Positions 1 to 10,550 are shown, counted from the stretch's first letter. The stretch: 64,000 bases of DNA from an uncultured Collinsella sp. (GCA_900542335.1 UQNG01000002.1:946-64945); one strand, 5' to 3'. Translations and numbers: made by a program. Notes: generated by a model from the letters alone, not told the origin.

Positions 1-50
1 TGCCGTATCATAAGCCGTCGCAAACGTGAAATAGAAAGAAGGAATCCCAT

Positions 51-1085
51 ATGCAACTGGCAAATATCGTACGCGAGCGCTGGAAGGGCGTCTTGTTCTG
101 CCTGATCATCGCCATCCCCGCGACGTTGTTTGGCAAACAGATTGAGGTGGTCGGTGGGCCGGTATTTGCCATCCTCTTTGGCATGGTTCTGGCGCTTGTC
201 TTTCCCAAGAATCGCCGCGAACAGCTCACCGCCGGTGTCACCTATACGTCTAAAAAAGTCTTGCAGTACGCGGTTATCCTGCTTGGCTTTGGCATGAACC
301 TCTCGCAGATTCTGTCCAAAGGCGCCCAGTCGCTGCCGATTATCGTGGCGACGATCTCGACCTCGCTTGTCATCGCCTTCGTGCTCTGCCGCGTTATGAA
401 CGTGCCGGGCAAGATCGCGACGCTTGTGGGTGTGGGCTCGTCGATTTGCGGCGGGTCGGCCATCGCTGCGACCGCGCCCGTTATCGATGCTGATGATCGC
501 GAGATTGCCCAAGCCATTTCGGTCATCTTCCAGTTTAACGTTATCGCGGCGCTCGTGTTTCCGACGCTCGGCGGCATGCTCGGGCTGACCAACGAGGGCT
601 TTGGCCTGTTTGCCGGCACCGCCATCAACGATACCTCGTCGGTAACGGCTGCGGCGAGCGCCTGGGACAGCATGCATCCCGGCGCCAATGTGCTCGAAAG
701 CGCCACAGTGGTTAAGCTCACCAGGACGCTGGCCATTATTCCCATTACGTTGGTTCTCGCATGCTGGCAGATGCATCTGGCGCGCAAGGCCGGCGGCGAC
801 GCCAAAAGCACGTTCTCGCTTAAACGAGCGTTTCCCATGTTCGTGCTGTTCTTTGTGCTGGCGAGCGTGATCACCACGGTGCTTCAGCTTCCCGCGTCCA
901 TTACGGCGCCCATCAAGGAGCTGTCGAAGTTCTTTATTGTGATGGCCATGGCGGCTATTGGCTTTAATACCGATATCGTCGAGCTGGTCAAAAAGGGCGG
1001 CAAGCCCATCGCGTTGGGCTTTTGCTGCTGGATTGGCATTGCATGCATGAGTTTGGGAATGCAGCACGTGCTGGGAATCTGGTAG
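51..1085 (+). CDS. YeiH family putative sulfate exporter (PSE) membrane protein
   Basis: 344 aa multi-TM protein; family motifs GSSICGGSAIAAT, AGTAINDTSSV, VKLTRTL; RBS AAGGA. Confidence 0.9.
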   Translation: MQLANIVRERWKGVLFCLIIAIPATLFGKQIEVVGGPVFAILFGMVLALVFPKNRREQLTAGVTYTSKKVLQYAVILLGFGMNLSQILSKGAQSLPIIVATISTSLVIAFVLCRVMNVPGKIATLVGVGSSICGGSAIAATAPVIDADDREIAQAISVIFQFNVIAALVFPTLGGMLGLTNEGFGLFAGTAINDTSSVTAAASAWDSMHPGANVLESATVVKLTRTLAIIPITLVLACWQMHLARKAGGDAKSTFSLKRAFPMFVLFFVLASVITTVLQLPASITAPIKELSKFFIVMAMAAIGFNTDIVELVKKGGKPIALGFCCWIGIACMSLGMQHVLGIW

Positions 1086-1349
1086 AGAAGTAGCTGATTT
1101 GCGTGCTGCGTGCTGGTGGGCGCATTCTCACGGTGGAGCGATAGGAGCTCTTGCGGGTATGGCTTGTCCGCAGGTTGATAGGTCCCGAAGAGCTCTTATC
1201 GCCCCGCCAGGATGGCGATGCGGGGCAATTCATATATTCGCAAGAAGGCACCGCGGGCCCTATAGTGTTTGGTGAACATTATCGTTCAATTTTGAAACAC
1301 TTGAGATGCCGGGTCTCAGATGGGGCCGCGGCTGGAGACGGGGCGAACC

Positions 1350-2567
1350 ATGGACAGCGATGCCAAGCTGCAGATTCTGATTGAGGCATTGTCCGCAGCC
1401 GGAGCATCGGCGCTGGCAATCGACGGGCGCGGTGGCGTTGTAATCTCGACTATGAGCGACGCGGCGCTCGAGCAGGATATCGCTGCTTTTGTTTCCGAGC
1501 GTCTCGCTCGCGTGGGCGATGGGGCACGCCTGGTGATGGGCCACGAGGGCGTGCGGTTGAGCTTGACGGTGCGCCCGACGGCCAAGGAGCGCGGAGCGCT
1601 TTGGGTGGTCGTGGCGCATGAGGTGCGCGCCGCTGCGACGCATGCGGGCATCGAGTGGCTCAATGCCGACGAAGTCGAGGCTCGCTACGAGTCGAGCACG
1701 TACGGCATCGTCGAAGATGCGGCAGCGGTCGCTGCCCCCGTACGGGAGAGTTACGCACGCGGAGTACCCCTTATGCTCGAGGGTGAACTGGGTGCGGGGC
1801 AGGACCAGATTGCAAAACGCCTGTACCTGGATGGGCCCTATGCCGATCAGCCCTTTGTGTCCATTGCGCTCGATGGGCTTACGGATCGCGGTTGGCGCCA
1901 TCTGCTCAAAAGTTCCGAATCGCCGCTATTCCAAACGGGGCTGACGCTTTGCGTGAGCGGCTGGCATGCCGTTGGTCCCCAACGCCTGCGCGAGCTCGTG
2001 TCCGCAATGATCGACACGGCGCTCGCAACTCGTTGCCATGTGGTGTTGACGGCAAACGATATGCCGGGTGGCGGCGAAAGCGACCAGGCTGCCTTTGTGA
2101 CCGAGCGCTTGGCATGTGCAGTGAGCGTGGCGCCTGCGATTGCCGAGCAGGGCGGCGCGTCGAAAAAGACTGCGTGCTACCTGAAGTATCTGGCAGATAT
2201 GTTTAAGACGGGTGCCCCCATGTTGTCCGCCGCCGCGGCAGAGACGCTCGATGTGTACCGTTGGCCCCGCAACTACCTGCAGCTGCGTGAAGTCTCTGAA
2301 CGACTCTATATATTAGTGGGGGCTGGAACGGTGGAGCGTGCCGTGGCGAAAGAGGTACTCGCCCAGGAGGACGTTATCAAGACCGCGACCTTTGGTGCCC
2401 CGACGCTCGATAGCGATCTGTATATCTTGCGTCCACTGGCCGATACCGAGCGCGATATCGCGCGGTTGGTCCTGCAGCACCTTCACGGCAACAGGACTCG
2501 TGCGGCAGAGGTGCTCGATATAAGCCGTACGACCTTATGGCGCCTGCTGAAGGGCAGCGACCGCTGA
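1350..2567 (+). CDS. PrpR/NtrC-like regulator with degenerate AAA+ domain and C-terminal Fis-type HTH
   Basis: LMLEGELGAGQD (degenerate Walker A), YRWPRNYLQLREV, GNRTRAAEVLDISRTTLWRLLK; ATG 1350 chosen after GGAG. Confidence 0.75.
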   Translation: MDSDAKLQILIEALSAAGASALAIDGRGGVVISTMSDAALEQDIAAFVSERLARVGDGARLVMGHEGVRLSLTVRPTAKERGALWVVVAHEVRAAATHAGIEWLNADEVEARYESSTYGIVEDAAAVAAPVRESYARGVPLMLEGELGAGQDQIAKRLYLDGPYADQPFVSIALDGLTDRGWRHLLKSSESPLFQTGLTLCVSGWHAVGPQRLRELVSAMIDTALATRCHVVLTANDMPGGGESDQAAFVTERLACAVSVAPAIAEQGGASKKTACYLKYLADMFKTGAPMLSAAAAETLDVYRWPRNYLQLREVSERLYILVGAGTVERAVAKEVLAQEDVIKTATFGAPTLDSDLYILRPLADTERDIARLVLQHLHGNRTRAAEVLDISRTTLWRLLKGSDR

Positions 2568-2650
2568 GCGAGGCGCCGTGACCGCGTGCGTCGCGTGTGC
2601 TACAGTCCAAAGAAGCATTGTTTCGATTGTGTTACGGCGTGCGGGGGAGT

Positions 2651-3226
2651 ATGGCGGAGACTTCAAAACCGAACCGAACAAAGCGAAGTGCGGCGCCGGT
2701 CAGCCGACGTACGACTTCTCGGACGTGGGGCAAAAGCGCCTCGGGGTTCGACGGCTCGTTCAAGCGCACAAAATATGGCTATCCTTCGGCAAGCGCTCGC
2801 TTGGCCATGCAGGCCGAATCCTCGTTATGGGGACGAAGGCGCGTGGTGGGCTCAAAGCTCAAGCACGATGGCACGCTTGGCTACATTAGCCGCGGTGCTG
2901 CCCGCCGTAGCGGCCTCAATCCTGCGGGCTGGCATCGTTACGTGCCGATCGTGGTCGTTGCCGCGATAATCGTCATCGCGCTCGCGGCGCTCGGATATGC
3001 CGGCGACGGCGCGAGTCTGGGCGCGATGTTCAAATCGCCTGAACTTGCGAATGCTGGCACGGAGCTTGTTGAAGGCGCACAAGACCAGACGGGTGTGGCG
3101 CCCCAGCGCGGTATGGTCGCAGCTGCTGCCACCATTGCCGATGCTCAAAAGGACGAAGGCGGGCAAAGCGACGACGCCGATGCGAGTCAGACGGGCGAAA
3201 CGGCAACAACTCCATCGGCAAGATAA
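2651..3226 (+). CDS. hypothetical single-TM membrane protein
   Basis: RBS GGGGGAG before ATG 2651; basic N-terminus, one TM (PIVVVAAIIVIALAALGY), acidic tail. Confidence 0.6.
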   Translation: MAETSKPNRTKRSAAPVSRRTTSRTWGKSASGFDGSFKRTKYGYPSASARLAMQAESSLWGRRRVVGSKLKHDGTLGYISRGAARRSGLNPAGWHRYVPIVVVAAIIVIALAALGYAGDGASLGAMFKSPELANAGTELVEGAQDQTGVAPQRGMVAAAATIADAQKDEGGQSDDADASQTGETATTPSAR

Positions 3227-3281
3227 GTTGCGAGTGGGGCAGCAAATATGGGACGGGGCCTTTCAGCGGGTCCGCCGTTCG

Positions 3282-3809
3282 TTAGAACGGCGGAACATAC
3301 ACCACGTTGTCGCGGCGAGGCTTGGCCTTGGGGAGTGCGTCCTCGGCGTAGCCCAGAATGCAGTTGCCCACACCGCGCAAGCTTCCGTCGGCGGGCAGAC
3401 CCCACTTGGCCAGCAGTTCCAGTCCCTCGGGTGAGTCAAAGACCTCGTGCGCGCGGTGGATCCAACACGAATCGACGCCCAGCGCATAGGCTGCGTTAAG
3501 CAGGTTGCCCATGGCGAGCGAGCCGTCTTCCAGGTGCGTGGGCACGCTGCGGTCGACGAGCACTACCACAACAGTCTTGGCCCCGTAGAAGGGATCGCCA
3601 TCGCTGCCCATAACTTGGGCGTTGAGCTGCGAGAGACGCTCGACGGTCGCGGGATCGGTAACGGCGACAAACGTGACCGGCTGACGTCCCATGCCGCTCG
3701 GCGCGTACTGGCCTGCCTCGATAATGCGTGCGAGCTTTTCTGCCTCGACGGGGCGATCGCTGTAGTTGCGGCAGCTACGGCGATGGATGAGCGCTTCGAT
3801 GGTCTCCAT
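3282..3809 (-). CDS. nitroreductase family protein
   Basis: RRSCRNY, APSGMGRQP, AYALGVDSCWI; RBS AGGAG before ATG 3809. Confidence 0.9.
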   Translation of the reverse strand: METIEALIHRRSCRNYSDRPVEAEKLARIIEAGQYAPSGMGRQPVTFVAVTDPATVERLSQLNAQVMGSDGDPFYGAKTVVVVLVDRSVPTHLEDGSLAMGNLLNAAYALGVDSCWIHRAHEVFDSPEGLELLAKWGLPADGSLRGVGNCILGYAEDALPKAKPRRDNVVYVPPF

Positions 3810-4104
3810 GGGTTCTCCTAGCGATGACGTTGCAGATGCTCCGTTCTTACCCGTCGTGCCGTAGCCGTAATCGTGCAGAGGGCCCCAAACAGCAATAGCC
3901 ACCAATCGGAAAAGTCGGCTTGCATAAAACTGCGGCAAGAATGTGAGAAGCTAATGAGATGGTTAAACGTTTTATCCCGTCTACCCTGCGGTTTTTTACC
4001 ACTTGCCTAAAACATGGGCGCATATCCGTTGATAAAGGTTTTACTAAAGGGGTACCAACGTTTATCAATGCGCTGTGGTGGCGCTGGGCCAGGAGGTAAC
4101 TATC

Positions 4105-4395
4105 ATGTTCCAGGCTGGAGATGTCGTCGAGACTGACTTCGAAGGATTTCTGAAGCTGCTGCGTTCCAAGACGCGCGCTTTCGTGTCGATCAACGATCAC
4201 GAGTACTACATCACGCACACCGATGGCTATTGGCGTGTTCAGGATTGCGAGACCCTCAACGATAAGGGCCACTTTACTGATTGCTCCGAGCTGGTCAACA
4301 CGGTCTGCGAGGTCGTCGAGCTGCCTTGGATCTGCGGCAAGAGCCTGCACGACAGCTTTGCGGGCGCAACGGTCTACGAGGCCGTCGCTGCCTAA
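4105..4395 (+). CDS. hypothetical protein (96 aa)
   Basis: Strong RBS AGGAGG, high-GC3 codon usage, followed by a terminator. Confidence 0.75.
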   Translation: MFQAGDVVETDFEGFLKLLRSKTRAFVSINDHEYYITHTDGYWRVQDCETLNDKGHFTDCSELVNTVCEVVELPWICGKSLHDSFAGATVYEAVAA

Positions 4396-4422
4396 CGGGC
4401 AAATACATCGCTATTCTCGCGT

Positions 4423-4458
4423 GACCGCCGGCGCCGCCCCCGCGCCGGCGGTCTTTTT
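4423..4458 (+). terminator. intrinsic terminator
   Basis: GACCGCCGGCGC/GCGCCGGCGGTC stem followed by TTTTT. Confidence 0.8.
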
Positions 4459-4501
4459 CTATCGATATGCAATGTAGAGCCGACCATATATATCGAGCTT
4501 A

Positions 4502-4558
4502 TTGACGATAGTCAAAACTCGGACTAATCTAGAAATACAAATTGGTCAAAACTCGGAC
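4502..4558 (+). promoter_or_regulatory. sigma-70-type promoter with two candidate MarR operators
   Basis: TTGACG(4502)-N17-TAATCT(4525); GTCAAAACTCGGAC at 4511-4524 and 4545-4558. Confidence 0.7.
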
Positions 4559-4576
4559 AATCGAATGGTGGGATAG

Positions 4577-5077
4577 ATGAATAGTGCGGTTACGCTGGTC
4601 GATTTCGACCGGATGCTCAACGGACTCGACCATATCTATTCGGAGTTCTCGCGCACCTGCGGTCTTTCGGACTGCGCCTATTGGATGCTCGTCGACACCA
4701 GCACGGCGGGCGGTAGTATCGCCGTGAGCCGTCTGACAGGCGAATGGTTCTATAGCAAGCAGACCATTAACTCGGCGATCAAGACGCTTAGGGCGCGAGG
4801 GCTTGCGACGTTGGAGTTTGCCGAGGGCAGTCGTAAGAACAAGGTTGTGCGATTGACCGAAGAAGGCGTGCGGTTTGCCAAGCGCTACGCGTTACCGGCG
4901 CAAAAAGCCGAGCAACAGGCATTCGAAGCGCTCGAGCCGTGGGAACAGCGCGAGATCATGCGCCTGGTCGGTAAATTCTCCCATGTTCTGAACGAAGAGT
5001 GCGAGGCATTTAAACGGCAAGTGGCCGCCGAGAACGAGGCTGACGATAAGGGCGAGGGGGACACATGCGACTCTTAA
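4577..5077 (+). CDS. MarR family transcriptional regulator
   Basis: SKQTINSAIKTL...RKNKVVRLTEEG winged helix; first gene of an ABC operon. Confidence 0.9.
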   Translation: MNSAVTLVDFDRMLNGLDHIYSEFSRTCGLSDCAYWMLVDTSTAGGSIAVSRLTGEWFYSKQTINSAIKTLRARGLATLEFAEGSRKNKVVRLTEEGVRFAKRYALPAQKAEQQAFEALEPWEQREIMRLVGKFSHVLNEECEAFKRQVAAENEADDKGEGDTCDS

Positions 5078-6801
5078 TGAGGTTTATGAGGCCGTACCGC
5101 GGTCTGATTGCGGTGACGCTGTTTGCGGTGCTGATAGATAACGTCGGTACGCTGTTGGTTCCCACGATGCTGGCGAACATGGTCAACACCGGTATTACCA
5201 CGGGCGATGTCGACTATATTTTACGTAACGGCCTGTACATGCTTATCGCGACCGGCATGGCCAGCGGCGGCACGGTGCTGGGCTGCTATCTTTCGGCGCG
5301 CCTGGCCGCCAACGTGGCCTGCGATATCCGCAATGCCGTGTACGACAAGTCGCTCGAGCTGTCCGCCAGCGACTTTGAGCGCTTTGGCACGGGTTCGATG
5401 ATCACACGCTCGCTCAACGACATCAACGTGATTCAGCAAGCTGTCCTTCAGACGATTCAGCTGGTGCTGCCGGTGCCATTCTTGGCCGTGGCAGGCATCA
5501 TTTTTGCTTGGTTCATCGATCCCGCCATGGGCACGCTGCTGGGCGTGGTGGTTGCGATCGTGCTGGTGGCGGCGGTCTTTACGGTGGCTAACGCCGCGCC
5601 GATTTTTATGCGCCTGCAGAGCTTTATCGACCGCATGAACGTGGTGCTGCGCGAGAACATCGTGGGTGTGCGCGTCATCCGCGCATTTAACAAGGAGCGC
5701 CACGAGGAGCAGCGCCTGGACGAGGTGTTTAGCGATTACGCGGCCAACGCCATCAAGGTCAACCACCTGTTTGTGGGCCTCGACAGCTCCAGCTTCTTTT
5801 TGATGAACATCGCCGAGGTGGCGGTGCTGTGGGTGGGCGGCAACCGCGTGGGCGTCCACGCCATGCAAATCGGCAGCATTTCGGCCGTGTTGGAATACGC
5901 GATCCTGATTCTTTTCTTTGTGATGATGGCGCAGATGGTGATTCTGACGCTTCCGCGCGCCGCGGCGTGCCTCAACCGTGCGCAGCAGGTGCTCGAAATC
6001 GAGCCGAGCATCGTGGACGGCAAGGCTACGCTGGGCGACGGGGCGCCTGAGTCCGCAGACGGAGCCGACGCGGTCGCCGTGTTCGATCATATGTCGTTTC
6101 GTTTTGACGACGCCGACGAGGACACGCTGTGCAATCTGAGCTTTACCTGTCGCCGCGGTCAGACGACCGCGATCGTCGGCTCGACGGGCTCGGGCAAATC
6201 GACGGTGGCCAAGCTCCTGCTGCGCTTCCACGATGCCACCAAGGGCGCCATTCGCCTGGACGGCGTTGATCTGCACGACCTTTCGCAAGACGAGATTCGC
6301 GGGCGCATTGCCTATGTGCCGCAAAAGGCATGGCTGTTCTCGGGCACCGTAGCAAGCAATCTGCGCTTTGGCAACGAAGACGCGACTGAGGCCGACATGC
6401 TTCATGCGCTCCGGGTTGCCCAGAGCACCTTTGTGCTCGATCGGCCGCAGGGGCTCGATACCCCGGTGGCGCAGGGCGGCACGAACTTTTCGGGCGGCCA
6501 GCGCCAGCGTCTGGCCATCGCCCGTGCGCTCATGAAGCATGCCGATCTATATATCTTCGATGACAGTTTCTCGGCCCTGGACTTTAAGACCGATGCCGCC
6601 CTGCGCCATGCGTTGCAAGACGAGACGCGTGACGCTGCGGTGCTCATCATCGCGCAGCGTATCTCGACCATTCTGCATGCCGACCAGATCGTGGTGCTCA
6701 GGGATGGCGAGGTCGTGGGCCTAGGCACGCACGACGAGCTCATGGAAACCTGCGAGGTGTACCGTGCTATCGCGGAATCGCAGATGAAGGGAGGTGAGTA
6801 G
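5065..6801 (+). CDS. heterodimeric ABC exporter subunit (TMD+NBD, degenerate Walker B)
   Basis: GSTGSGKS, FSGGQRQR, IFDDSFSALD, IAQR. Confidence 0.95.
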   Translation: MRLLMRFMRPYRGLIAVTLFAVLIDNVGTLLVPTMLANMVNTGITTGDVDYILRNGLYMLIATGMASGGTVLGCYLSARLAANVACDIRNAVYDKSLELSASDFERFGTGSMITRSLNDINVIQQAVLQTIQLVLPVPFLAVAGIIFAWFIDPAMGTLLGVVVAIVLVAAVFTVANAAPIFMRLQSFIDRMNVVLRENIVGVRVIRAFNKERHEEQRLDEVFSDYAANAIKVNHLFVGLDSSSFFLMNIAEVAVLWVGGNRVGVHAMQIGSISAVLEYAILILFFVMMAQMVILTLPRAAACLNRAQQVLEIEPSIVDGKATLGDGAPESADGADAVAVFDHMSFRFDDADEDTLCNLSFTCRRGQTTAIVGSTGSGKSTVAKLLLRFHDATKGAIRLDGVDLHDLSQDEIRGRIAYVPQKAWLFSGTVASNLRFGNEDATEADMLHALRVAQSTFVLDRPQGLDTPVAQGGTNFSGGQRQRLAIARALMKHADLYIFDDSFSALDFKTDAALRHALQDETRDAAVLIIAQRISTILHADQIVVLRDGEVVGLGTHDELMETCEVYRAIAESQMKGGE

Positions 6802-8803
6802 CATGACCGAGGAGCTCAAGAAGCAGGGCATCGCCGATGGCGCCGCGGATGCAGAGACAGTTGAGGAGACGGGCGCCACGCCCGACCTGGACGAAGCCGC
6901 CAAGGCGGCGGAGCGCGAGGCTCGTCGCCAGGCACTCTATGAGGAAAATGAGCGCGCCGAGGACGAGCGCGCCCGCGCCGAGGCGGAGCGCATGCGCGAC
7001 GTTGACGACGAGGATGAGGACGAGACACCCCGCGACACCTGGGCGACGGTGCGCCGCCTGTGGAGCGAGGCTGCCGGCGACCACTGGCGCTTCTATATCG
7101 TGTTCGCGAGCATTGTGTTCTATGCCATCTTTAACACCGCCGCGCCGGCATACAGCGCCCGCGTGATCGATGAGCTGTGGGGCCACATTCAGGTGACGTT
7201 TGCCAACGACACCACCTTCAACATCACCTGGGAGAACTGCGGCAGGACCATCTTCATCTACTTTATGATCTGGACGGCCGCTGCCTCGTTCTACGCACTC
7301 CAGAGCTTTTTGATGTCGAGCGTGGCCGAACGCCTCAACCTGCTCCTACGCAACCGCATCGCACAAAAGCTCAACCGTCTGCCGCTTGCCTTCTTTGACG
7401 CGCATCGTCCCGGTGAGGTCGTCAGCCGTGCGACCAACGACTTGGACAAGATGTCCGAGAGCATGCAGCGCGGCTTGCTGCAGCTTCTGGTGTCGATCGG
7501 TACCGTGGTGGGCGCCGTGAGCGTGATGTTCGTGTTTAGCGTGCCGCTCACGCTCGTCTTTTTGTTCTTTACGGCGTTGTCGCTGTTGGTGACCAAGGTG
7601 GTCTCGCGCCGCACGCATGACGTAACCGGTGAGCGCCAGGAGTGGGTGTCAAGGATTACGAGCGCGGTTGAGGAAGGCTACTCGGGCCGTCTGGTGATTC
7701 GCGCGTTTAACCGCGAGCGCCAAAGTTCTGCCGAGGTACACCAGGCCTCGGGCGAGCTGGCACGCGTGAGTGCCAAGGCCGACTTCATGATTAACGCCGT
7801 CGGCCCCGCGGTGCGCTTTATCGGCCGCCTGGCACAGATCGTGATTGCGATTGTGGGCTGCAGTATGCTGGTTGCCGGCCACATGACCGTCGGCGTGTTC
7901 CAGGCGTTCTTCCAGTTTATCTACGAGGCATCTGAGCCCATGACGCAGCTGTCGTTTACCTTCAACTCGCTGCAGAGCGCGCTGGCGAGTGCGGAGCGCG
8001 TGTTCGACCTGCTCGATGAACCCGAGATGGAGGCGGATCCGCAGCCGGGCGAGGCCGCCAGGCTGCCGGGTCGCGTTGAGGGCCGTGTCGCTTTTGAGCA
8101 TGTACGCTTTGGCTACGCGCCCGACAAGCCGCTCATGCGCGACGTGTCGTTTACCGCCGAGCCGGGCCAGAAGATCGCCGTGGTGGGAACCACGGGCGCG
8201 GGCAAAACCACGCTCATCAACCTGCTCATGCGCTTCTACGAGATTGACGGCGGGCGCATTACGCTCGACGGCGTGGACACGAGCCGCATGGATCGTGGCG
8301 AGCTGCGCCAGCAGTTTGGCATGGTGTTGCAGGATGCCTGGCTGTTCGACGGAACGATTGCCGAGAATATCGCCTATGGCTGCCCCGAGGCGACGCGCGA
8401 GGAGATCGTGGCGGCCGCATGCGCCGCGCAGGTCGACTTCTTTGTGCGCACCATGCCGCAGGGCTATGACACGCGCGTGGCCAACGATGCCGAGAGCATT
8501 AGCCAGGGTCAGCGCCAGCTGCTGACCATTGCGCGCGTGCTGCTCAACAACCCGGCGATTCTCATCCTGGACGAGGCGACGTCGAGTGTGGACACGCGCA
8601 CCGAGCTCGCCATCGGCCGCGCCATGGACGCGCTCATGCGTGGGCGTACGAGCTTTGTGATCGCGCACCGTCTGTCGACGATCGTAGATGCCGACCTGAT
8701 CTTGGTCATGGATCACGGCAACATTATCGAGCAGGGTACGCATAAGGAGCTGCTGGCTGCCGAGGGTGCCTACGCCGACCTCTATCTGAGTCAGTTCGCA
8801 TAA
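6794..8803 (+). CDS. heterodimeric ABC exporter subunit (TMD+NBD, consensus Walker B)
   Basis: GTTGAGKT, ISQGQRQL, ILDEATSSVD, IAHRLST; acidic N-terminal extension. Confidence 0.95.
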   Translation: MSSMTEELKKQGIADGAADAETVEETGATPDLDEAAKAAEREARRQALYEENERAEDERARAEAERMRDVDDEDEDETPRDTWATVRRLWSEAAGDHWRFYIVFASIVFYAIFNTAAPAYSARVIDELWGHIQVTFANDTTFNITWENCGRTIFIYFMIWTAAASFYALQSFLMSSVAERLNLLLRNRIAQKLNRLPLAFFDAHRPGEVVSRATNDLDKMSESMQRGLLQLLVSIGTVVGAVSVMFVFSVPLTLVFLFFTALSLLVTKVVSRRTHDVTGERQEWVSRITSAVEEGYSGRLVIRAFNRERQSSAEVHQASGELARVSAKADFMINAVGPAVRFIGRLAQIVIAIVGCSMLVAGHMTVGVFQAFFQFIYEASEPMTQLSFTFNSLQSALASAERVFDLLDEPEMEADPQPGEAARLPGRVEGRVAFEHVRFGYAPDKPLMRDVSFTAEPGQKIAVVGTTGAGKTTLINLLMRFYEIDGGRITLDGVDTSRMDRGELRQQFGMVLQDAWLFDGTIAENIAYGCPEATREEIVAAACAAQVDFFVRTMPQGYDTRVANDAESISQGQRQLLTIARVLLNNPAILILDEATSSVDTRTELAIGRAMDALMRGRTSFVIAHRLSTIVDADLILVMDHGNIIEQGTHKELLAAEGAYADLYLSQFA

Positions 8804-8833
8804 TGTGACAAAGGGACAGTCCCTTTGTCACAT
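8803..8833. repeat. short palindrome, CAAAGGGACAGTCCCTTTG family (copy 1)
   Basis: ATGTGACAAAGGGAC-A-GTCCCTTTGTCACAT, perfect 15-bp arms. Confidence 0.85.
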
Positions 8834-8911
8834 CGCAAATAAGGCGCGCCGGGGGTGAATCCTCTGGCGCGCCTTTGCGTTGGCGTCAATGTTGTCGGTG
8901 GCTGTCCGGCT

Positions 8912-9616
8912 CTAGCGTTCGTCCACGAGCTTGGCGACGAGGGTTTTGAGCTCGGCCACCTCTCGCTCGAGTTCCTTGACGCGGCGGGCGTTCTCGGTGA
9001 TGCCCTGACGGTTGAGCGCGGACTGCTCGGCGGCGGCGTCGGGCATGTACTCGCGATGCTGCTTGGCATCGAAGCTCTCCTCGAACACGCGGCAGCCGTT
9101 GCGCTTGATGATGCGTCCCGGCACGCCCACGACGGTGCAGTTGTCGGGTACGTCCTTGACGACGACCGAATTGCCGCCGATTTTGACGTTGTTGCCGATG
9201 CGAATGTTGCCGAGCACTTTAGCGCCTGTGCCCACGGTGACGTTGTTGCCCAGGGTGGGGTGGCGCTTGCCGGTCTCGTTGCCGGTGCCGCCAAGCGTGA
9301 CGCCCTGGTAGAGCACGCAGTTGTCGCCCACAATGGTGGTTTCGCCGATGACGACGCCCATGGCGTGGTCGATAAAGAAATGCTTGCCGATCTGTGCAGC
9401 GGGATGAATCTCGACGCCGGTAATGTGGCGGGTGATTTGCGAGAGCACACGGGCGAGCGAGCGATGGCCATGCTCCCAGAGCCAGTGCTCTGGCACGTGG
9501 TTCCACTTGGCGTGCAGGCCGGGATAGGAAAGGAAGATGACCAGACCGTTTTGCGCGGCGGGGTCCTGCGCCTGGACGGTCTTGATGTCCTCGCGAATGG
9601 TATTGATAAAGCTCAC
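8912..9616 (-). CDS. cysE: serine O-acetyltransferase
   Basis: [39 protein letters not shown] hexapeptide repeats; GTG start after AAGGGAGG. Confidence 0.93.
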   Translation of the reverse strand: MSFINTIREDIKTVQAQDPAAQNGLVIFLSYPGLHAKWNHVPEHWLWEHGHRSLARVLSQITRHITGVEIHPAAQIGKHFFIDHAMGVVIGETTIVGDNCVLYQGVTLGGTGNETGKRHPTLGNNVTVGTGAKVLGNIRIGNNVKIGGNSVVVKDVPDNCTVVGVPGRIIKRNGCRVFEESFDAKQHREYMPDAAAEQSALNRQGITENARRVKELEREVAELKTLVAKLVDER

Positions 9617-9839
9617 CGACCGCCCTCCCTTAGCGCCATGGCAATGCGATTCAATAAAGTATAGCGATTCGCTAGGGATTAGGAAGGACAATCTTGGCGG
9701 CTTTGCACGACAGGTGTCAGTTATGCAAACTTGCTGGTAATGGAGTCATGCTTTTGTGGGGTTGCGCACGAGGGGGCACCGCAACCGTATACTGGTCAAC
9801 TTGGACGTGTCCGCGCCCACAACTGAGAGGTTTTACTTC

Positions 9840-10487
9840 ATGGGTTTCATCAATTTTATCGCCGAGCTGCTCAAAGACCCGCGCACCGCGATTGCCAGCT
9901 GGATCGCCGCCGGCCCGCTTATGGCCTACGGCTGCGTGTTCCTGATTATCTTTATCGAGACAGGCGTGGTGTTCTTCCCGTTTCTCCCTGGCGATTCGCT
10001 GCTGTTTGCTTCGGGCTTCTTTGCCCACAACGGTGGCTTTAACATCGTGGCCCTGCTGGCCACCGCATGGGCCGCAGCCATCCTGGGCGATCAGTGCAAC
10101 TTTATGATCGGCCACTTCTTTGGCCGCAAGATCATCGCCTCGGGCAAGGTAAAGGCCATGACGCCCGAGCGCATCAAAAAGTCCGAGGACTTCTTGGATA
10201 AGTGGGGCCACCTGGCCATCTTCCTGGGCCGCTTCTTTCCGTTTATCCGCACCTTTGTGCCCTTTATCGCCGGCATGGGCGGCATGCACTGGCGCAACTT
10301 CGTTGTCTTTAACGTGCTGGGCGGTATTACCTGGTCGACGGTCTTTACGCTGCTGGGCTACTTCTTTGGCGGCATTCCCTTTGTGCAGGAGCACTTTGAG
10401 CTGCTGATTATCGGCATTGTCGCCGTGTCGATCATCCCGACCGTGGTCGGCTTGGTTAAGGCTAAGCTGGGCAAAAAGAACGCATAG
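9840..10487 (+). CDS. DedA/VTT family membrane protein
   Basis: IFIETG..FPFLPGDSLLF, GRFFPFIRTF. Confidence 0.92.
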   Translation: MGFINFIAELLKDPRTAIASWIAAGPLMAYGCVFLIIFIETGVVFFPFLPGDSLLFASGFFAHNGGFNIVALLATAWAAAILGDQCNFMIGHFFGRKIIASGKVKAMTPERIKKSEDFLDKWGHLAIFLGRFFPFIRTFVPFIAGMGGMHWRNFVVFNVLGGITWSTVFTLLGYFFGGIPFVQEHFELLIIGIVAVSIIPTVVGLVKAKLGKKNA

Positions 10488-10516
10488 CTCGAGCCGGCGC
10501 ACAAATCGTGTCGTTG

Positions 10517-10550
10517 AGGCCCGTCACCGTTTACGGTGGCGGGCCTTTAT
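10517..10550 (+). terminator. intrinsic terminator
   Basis: AGGCCCGTCACCGT/ACGGTGGCGGGCCT stem followed by TTAT. Confidence 0.7.

Noticed and set aside
1151..1384. 77-aa ORF between the yeiH-family gene and the regulator
   Set aside because: TTG start, atypical composition and no recognisable motif
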